A stretch of 63,472 nt of DNA, filler included, from Ministeria vibrans ATCC 50519 (lineage: Eukaryota; Protista; Filasterea), in NCBI GenBank assembly GCA_943704425.1. It is 3 parts of 3 records of this genome, joined end to end, with 100 filler letters (N's around TTAATTAATTAA, not from the genome) between each part and the next. Parts side by side here need not be neighbours in the genome. Positions count along the whole stretch, not along the records: positions 49,067 to 63,472 come from CALSCP010000308.1; 2 more parts are not named here. One strand, 5' to 3'. Position numbers and translations under genes: made by a program. Shown one piece after another: positions 58,237-63,472 of this stretch (position 1 is its first letter; the number at the start of each line of letters is the position of its first letter). Below the pieces are notes generated by a model. That model was not told the DNA's origin. It saw nothing but the letters and a program-made list of their open reading frames with translations, and did not search any database.

Positions 58237-59134
58237 TTAGTAGGCTGAGTAGGCAGGCGGCGGGGGGTAGGCGCCGTGAGTGTGTTGCGGAGGTGGAGGA
58301 TAGGCAGCGCCAGCGTGGGCCGGTGGAGGAGGATAGGCGGCAGGCGGTGGGACATAGGAGGCGGGTGGCTGTGAGTAGGGATGAGCGACGGGCTGTGCGT
58401 GCACTGTGGGCGGAGGGTAGGCAGCGGGGCCGGGTGCGCCGGCAGAGACTGCATGTGGTGAGACAAAGAAGTGCTGGCCGCAGGTTGAGCAGTAGCTGTC
58501 GGCAAAGACAATGGTGTCGGGGAAGCCGGCACGCTGGAAGACGACCTCGACAAGGCCGTCGATCGGGACCACGGTGTGCGCTGCGCACGGGGCACGGTCC
58601 TGCTCTGTGGCGGCGCGGTACGAGCCAGCCGAGTGGATGACCATGGCTTCGCTGACGGCTGCAGTGGCGCCAAGGGCGATCAGAGTGCGCCGGCGAATGC
58701 GATGGCGCTCGATCGGAAGCACCCGCAGCCACGGACGCCCGCCCCAGAGCGCCCGGCGCACCCCACGGGCATGCGCCATTTCCGCACGGACATGCTGCTT
58801 GTCAGCGCGAGCCTACACACCGATTTTGTTGTGAGCTTTCGTTTTTGGTGTTGGGAACTTTTCAACTTGGTTTGTTGTGAAAAAATCCCACAGAATTATC
58901 AAACAAACTTGCTGAGTTGACTGTGGGGGCATACCTCAAGACGGGCAGCACGGCCAAAGTTGCCCTTGGCAGCAGCATGAGCAGCGCGGTGTTCGAGGCG
59001 CTCTTCCTTCTGTAGGAGGAGAGAGACGAGTGGGGAATGAAGAGGGTTGAGTTGGTTTGGGATGACATGCAAAACAGAGCACGGGCTGGACGTACGCGGG
59101 CGTGTCTGGCTTCGGAGCGGAAAGCACGGTTCAT
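58237..59134 (-). CDS. Orphan ~230-aa protein, 3 exons, CxxH...CxxC motif and Pro/Tyr-rich tail
   Basis: MNRAFRSEARHAR|KEERLEHRAAHAAAKGNFGRAARLE|ARADKQHVRAEMAH... with phase-0 GT-AG introns; YPPP repeats. Confidence 0.7.
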
Positions 59135-59404
59135 GGTCGTTGGTGTGGATGTAATTTGTTTAAAGAGAGAAGTTGAAAAAATGTGAAAATTGATTATTGA
59201 AATAATAAATTCAAATTTATTCAATCATTACTTTATTCATTTTACTCTCAACCCGCTTTTCCGATTTATTTTCATGCAGCGCTCCTTAGTACCTTATTAC
59301 GAGTTTACGATAGCCTTGTAACTTGATTAGTTGGTCTAAGAAGACGACGATATTTCCAAGGGTGCTCACTGAGTGGAGTGAGTGAATATCTACTTCTTCT
59401 TGTC

Positions 59405-59435
59405 ATTAATAAATGGGTTGTATTCTTCTTCTTCT
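59405..59435 (+). mobile_element. 31-bp 5'-truncated retroelement-like insertion flanked by 16-bp target-site duplication
   Basis: TCTACTTCTTCTTGTC at 59389-59404 and 59436-59451 flanks ATTAATAAATGGGTTGTATTCTTCTTCTTCT, which matches the 41306-41334 tail. Confidence 0.7.
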
Positions 59436-59490
59436 TCTACTTCTTCTTGTCGCTCGAAAGGACCGAATAGCCCCCGGTGTTTGCACTGCC

Positions 59491-60347
59491 ATGTCCGCTC
59501 CCAAGGACGACGTCGTGTCGATCGTCAAGGGTCTCCCAGCTCCGCTGTGCGAACTCGCGAACAAATTCCACGGACTCACGCTCGATTTGGTGAGTGAGTT
59601 GAGCGCAGAGGAGGTTTCCNNNNNNNNNNNNNNNNNNNNTGCGCTTGCAGCTGCTTGCTCTGTACCGAAACCACTTGGCGCCAATGATGTCTGGTGTGGA
59701 CCGAGCGTGCGTCTCCGGCGTTGCAAGCCCGCCCGTCGTCGACCCGACTGGGGCGACGCTCGACCTCCGCCGGAAACTGACGCCCAAGGCGCTCTCGTCA
59801 GTACGCCGTACCGGGACTGAACCGCTCAGTGTCGTTCTGGCGAAGTTCTGGCCAAATGTTCCCTGATGAATTGAAAAGCGTCCAATTTGCCGATTTGAGT
59901 GGCAACGACCTGATGGACGACGACATGGACAGCGTCACTGAGCTCGTCGCAAAGTGCCCGCAGCTGAAGGTCCTTGTCCTCTCCAACAATCGTCTTCATG
60001 GCTTTGAGACGAGTCTACAGACAAAGATTGAATTTTCACTACTAATTCTATATGAAATGGAAATGTCTTCTTCAGCTCATGTTGCCTCGTAGAGCCTGCT
60101 ACTGCAAGTCAGGGAGCTGCTTGAAGACTACAAGACACTTTTGGTTGATGTCACAATGAATCCGATGGCGAGCATTGATAGCAAATCTTGGTTCGCGTCG
60201 TTGAACCAAGACGTCATTTCTCGTCTTATTTTTGTTCCACAAGCTTGGTTGGACACCCGAAAATGGACGGCTCTTGTCTCGCCGAAGTACCATGATTGCG
60301 TTTTTAAGACGCATTCTAAGTATTCCCAGCAAAACAATAAAAATTAA
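59491..60347 (+). pseudogene. Short LRR-containing gene with a +1 frameshift and a non-GT intron donor
   Basis: LRR-like DLSGNDL and LVLSNNRL, VDVTMNPMASID, LIFVPQAWL. The frame breaks at CCC-TGA (59861-59866), and the 60027-60092 intron-like segment starts AT and ends in an in-frame TAG. Confidence 0.55.
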
Positions 60348-60967
60348 CCGATGCACACTCAATAGCATGAGACAGTGTTGCGGGAATGTGTGGGTTGTTG
60401 TGCAAGGGTACGCCATACCGCCAATGGGCAACGCGACAAACATTAGAGCACACCATTGTGACCATGTTTATATTCCAGTGAGTAGATATGGCGCCAAGTT
60501 TCAAGGTCGGCGCACAAGAATGGCGCCATACAGGACATTGAGCATGTTGCAGACTGCAAAATGCAGACTTGGTGCTGTGTCGAGGGGAGGCAACTCACTC
60601 ACTCGCTCACTTCCTCAGGCAAGATCGTTGCCTATCGACCAACTTGGACTCAAATACAGAATGGCGCTCATGCGCACTGTGTCTTTGTTTGTTTGTTTTA
60701 CACGAGAATTCAATTCTCGACGGTTTGGAGATGCTTCTTGCCGTCTCGCCCACAAATCAGCATGGCCTCTTCAAAGACAGCCTGCGGCACCGCAATCGCC
60801 GAGGTGCAGCGGAACTTGACGAGGAAGGGCTCCCGCGGGTGCGCATGGCAGACGTGGCCGCCGCGCACGTCCGCAATGGCGCGGTTGCACGCTGTGATGT
60901 ACGTGGAGAGGAGGCTGCACAGCTCCGCCTGCTCGTCCCATATGTAATCAATTTCAAGCAGGGGCAT
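60316..60967 (-). pseudogene. Probable decayed MYND-type zinc-finger gene
   Basis: GTGAG...TTGCAG intron joins to CPVWRHSCAPTLKLGAIS...VCSNVCRVAHW; in-frame TGA at 60710. Confidence 0.4.
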
Positions 60968-61262
60968 TGTCGCTCTAACGGATAGATATTCAATTAGTCA
61001 AAAAAAGTGGTTTCAACGAAGTTTCAACCCAAGAGATAAATACAAAAACAAAGTGAAGCGGCGTAGTTTAGTGGTTGATTCGATTATAAAAATATTATAA
61101 TAATAAGAAGAGAATTGTAATAATTATTATTATTTATTATTATCAATAACAAAAAGCATTACTGTTATCCATAAAATAATAACAGACAAAATTACTCGTA
61201 ATTAATATTAATAATAATAATAAACACTCAAACTCTCAAACTCTCTCTTCAACCCTCTTTTC

Positions 61263-61504
61263 ATGCTCTCCTTGTTACGTCGGCTTTGTTTTGCGGCTGT
61301 GACGGGCCGGGTGACCCCGCGAGTGTTTGCACGCTCTACAGCGACTTCTCAGTCTGAGCTGCTCACAAGTGACCAGCTCGCTGCCTTCTTCTCGAAGACC
61401 ATCCCCTTTCATGAAGACCTTGGTGTCATTGTTGAAGAGCTTGAGCCTGGCCGCTGTCTCTTGAGGGTATGAAAGTGAAAGCAACAAACCAACAACAACT
61501 CTCT

Positions 61505-61541
<37 letters not shown>

Positions 61542-61899
61542 TCACTCTGCTCGCCAGGTACCCTTCCAGAAGCGCTTCATAGGCGATCCCTTCCGGCCTG
61601 CGCTGCATGGAGGCATTCTGGCTGCGGTTGCGGACGGCGCCGGTGGCCTGGCGGTGTGGTCTCAGGATCGGCGGGGCCATGGCGTGTGCACCATCAACCT
61701 GTCCACCGACTACTACAAGCACGGATTGCCGCGCGATCTGCTCTGCCGCGCACACGTCAGTTCCCTCCAACGCAAGACGGCCTTTACCTCCATGACGCTG
61801 TACCAGCACAACGACGATCAGACGGAGCGTCTCGTTGCGCAGAGTCGCGCCGTCTACAACGTGACAGCCTCCACCAAGAGCCCTCACATTGCTCTCTGA
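61263..61899 (+). CDS. Hotdog-fold (PaaI-like) thioesterase with mitochondrial presequence
   Basis: IPFHEDLG, GDPFRPALHGGILAAVADGAGG, CTINLSTDY. Confidence 0.88.
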
Positions 61900-62211
61900 A
61901 TGGCAGGTGTCTGTCTGGCTGTTTGGTTGTATATCTGGCAACTATGCCGCATTCTCGATGGTATCAGTGAGAAAGTGTGCTTGGACAAGTGCACCTGTAC
62001 AATGTTGTACACTGTATTGCTACATAAAATTCATGATTATTGTATTATTCTCGGATCCTCTACAGTCACGAACCAGATAAACTTGCTTGATAAACATCAA
62101 TTAGACAGACAGACACTCGTGAGAGAAGCGATTTCAACGTCGGAAGAGACGATACTAATTATTCTTCATTTCGAACTTGATCTTTTGATCTTTTGTTCAC
62201 TCATTTTTGCG

Positions 62212-62348
62212 ATGCGCCTCATTATCAAGGACGACGGAAGCGAAGTGGGCGAGTGGGTTGCAGCGTATGTGTGTCGCCGCATCAACACATTTGGGCCGAC
62301 CAAGGAGAAGCCCTTTGTGCTGGGTCTGCCGACAGGTGAAGAGCACAC

Positions 62349-62382
<34 letters not shown>

Positions 62383-63237
62383 CGCACTGACGCGCTTCGT
62401 CGCTTGATGCAGGTTCGACGCCGCTACCGACGTATGCAGCCCTGATTGCGCTGCATAAGCAGCACAGGCTGTCGTTCGAGCACGTCGTGACGTTCAACAT
62501 GGACGAGTACGTTGGCTTGGCGCGCGACCATCCCGAGTCGTACCACAGCTTCATGTGGAAGCACTTCTTCAGCCACATCGACATCGACCCTGCTAACGTA
62601 CATATCCTCGACGGCAATGCGCCCAATTTGCAAGAGGAATGCGACGAATACGAGCGAAAAATTGCACAGTTTGGTGGCATTGAGCTCTTCTTGGGCGGTA
62701 GGCCGAGTGTGCTTGAGAGGGGGGCGTCTCACACTTCCTCTTCTGCCGTTTGTTTGTCAGGTATTGGACCCGACGGACACATTGCGTTCAATGAGCCTGG
62801 CTCGTCATTGACGTCGCGAACCAGAATCAAGGTGAGTCGAGAGAGGGAGACAAGAGAATGGTTCCTGGACGGTTTTCAATGGTAGACTCTGGCATACGAT
62901 ACCATTGTCGCCAACAGCCGGTTCTTTGGGAATGACGTTAAGCAAGTACCGAAGATGGCGCTGACTGTGGGAGTGGGGACAGTCATGGACTCGAGGGAAG
63001 TCCTCATTATCATCACGGGACAGCACAAAGGTACAGACGGTCGCGAGCCAGGCATGGGATGAGTGACATGCGTGTATGTATGTGTGTGCGTAGCGTATGC
63101 GCTGTACAAGGCAGTCGAGGAGGGTGTGTCACACATGTGGACGGTGAGTGCTATCCAGATGCACTCACGAGCTATTGTCGTATGCGATGAAGACGCAACC
63201 CTCGAGCTCAGAGTCAAGACCGTCAAGTACTTCAAAG
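62212..63237 (+). CDS. GNPDA: Glucosamine-6-phosphate deaminase (3' partial)
   Basis: [56 protein letters not shown]. Confidence 0.96.
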
Positions 63238-63295
63238 GTTTCGATTCGTTTCCCTCTATTCCTAGTCTTGTTTTTTTTCTTCATCACTTAGTTCT

Positions 63296-63472
63296 CTCTC
63301 TTTCTATCACTTTGTTTCTCTCTCTATCACTTTGTTTCTCTCTCTCTATCACTTTGTTTCTCGCTCTCTATCACTTTGTTTCTCTCTCTATCACTTTGTT
63401 TCTCTCTCTATCACTTTGTTTCTCTCTCTATCACTTTGTTTCTCTCTCTATCACTTTGTTTCTCTCTCTATC
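63296..63472 (+). repeat. ~20-22-bp minisatellite CTATCACTTTGTTT(CT)n, about 9 copies, intronic
   Basis: Read directly; runs to the window end. Confidence 0.92.

Noticed and set aside
59864-59866. TGA as selenocysteine
   Set aside because: Coding continues in a different frame and no SECIS was recognised.
63296-63472. CRISPR-like repeat array
   Set aside because: No unique spacers or cas genes; it is a eukaryotic intronic minisatellite.

Overview
Gene-dense, intron-rich eukaryotic nuclear DNA: about 24 spliced protein-coding genes or gene relics with GT-AG introns rich in microsatellites and very short intergenic spacers. Gene content includes an SH2-SH3-SH2-PH-C2-RasGAP protein (RASA1 type), a beta-spectrin, an animal-type mitofusin and a Nup358-like nucleoporin. 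Together with strong divergence from animal sequences, this points by inference to a unicellular holozoan (choanoflagellate/filasterean-like). Genes in order: Nup358/RanBP2-like, YIPF6, NBS1, iduronate-sulfatase-like, SWI5, NHL-repeat protein, C1-C2-WW-FN3-CCCH-UIM-HECT ligase, MED15, COX6A with a long C-terminal extension, PEX5, mitofusin, mL40, a bacterial-like intronless ORF, long beta-spectrin, PKA-C, a small orphan, TRMO, MYG1, RASA1, V-ATPase E, ZnT6, WDR91, gamma-tubulin, a Pro/Tyr-rich orphan, two probable pseudogenes, a hotdog thioesterase and GNPDA. Two 100-nt N gaps containing TTAATTAATTAA are artificial contig linkers. Most notable: (1) a Nup358-like gene that the ORF track misses; (2) an unusual HECT domain architecture; (3) a COX6A extension that may resemble complex I NDUFB5; (4) short retroelement-like 3' tails, one with a 16-bp target-site duplication; (5) a CCC-TGA +1 frameshift in an LRR gene. 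All homology calls come from manual reading and recalled family motifs; no searches were run.
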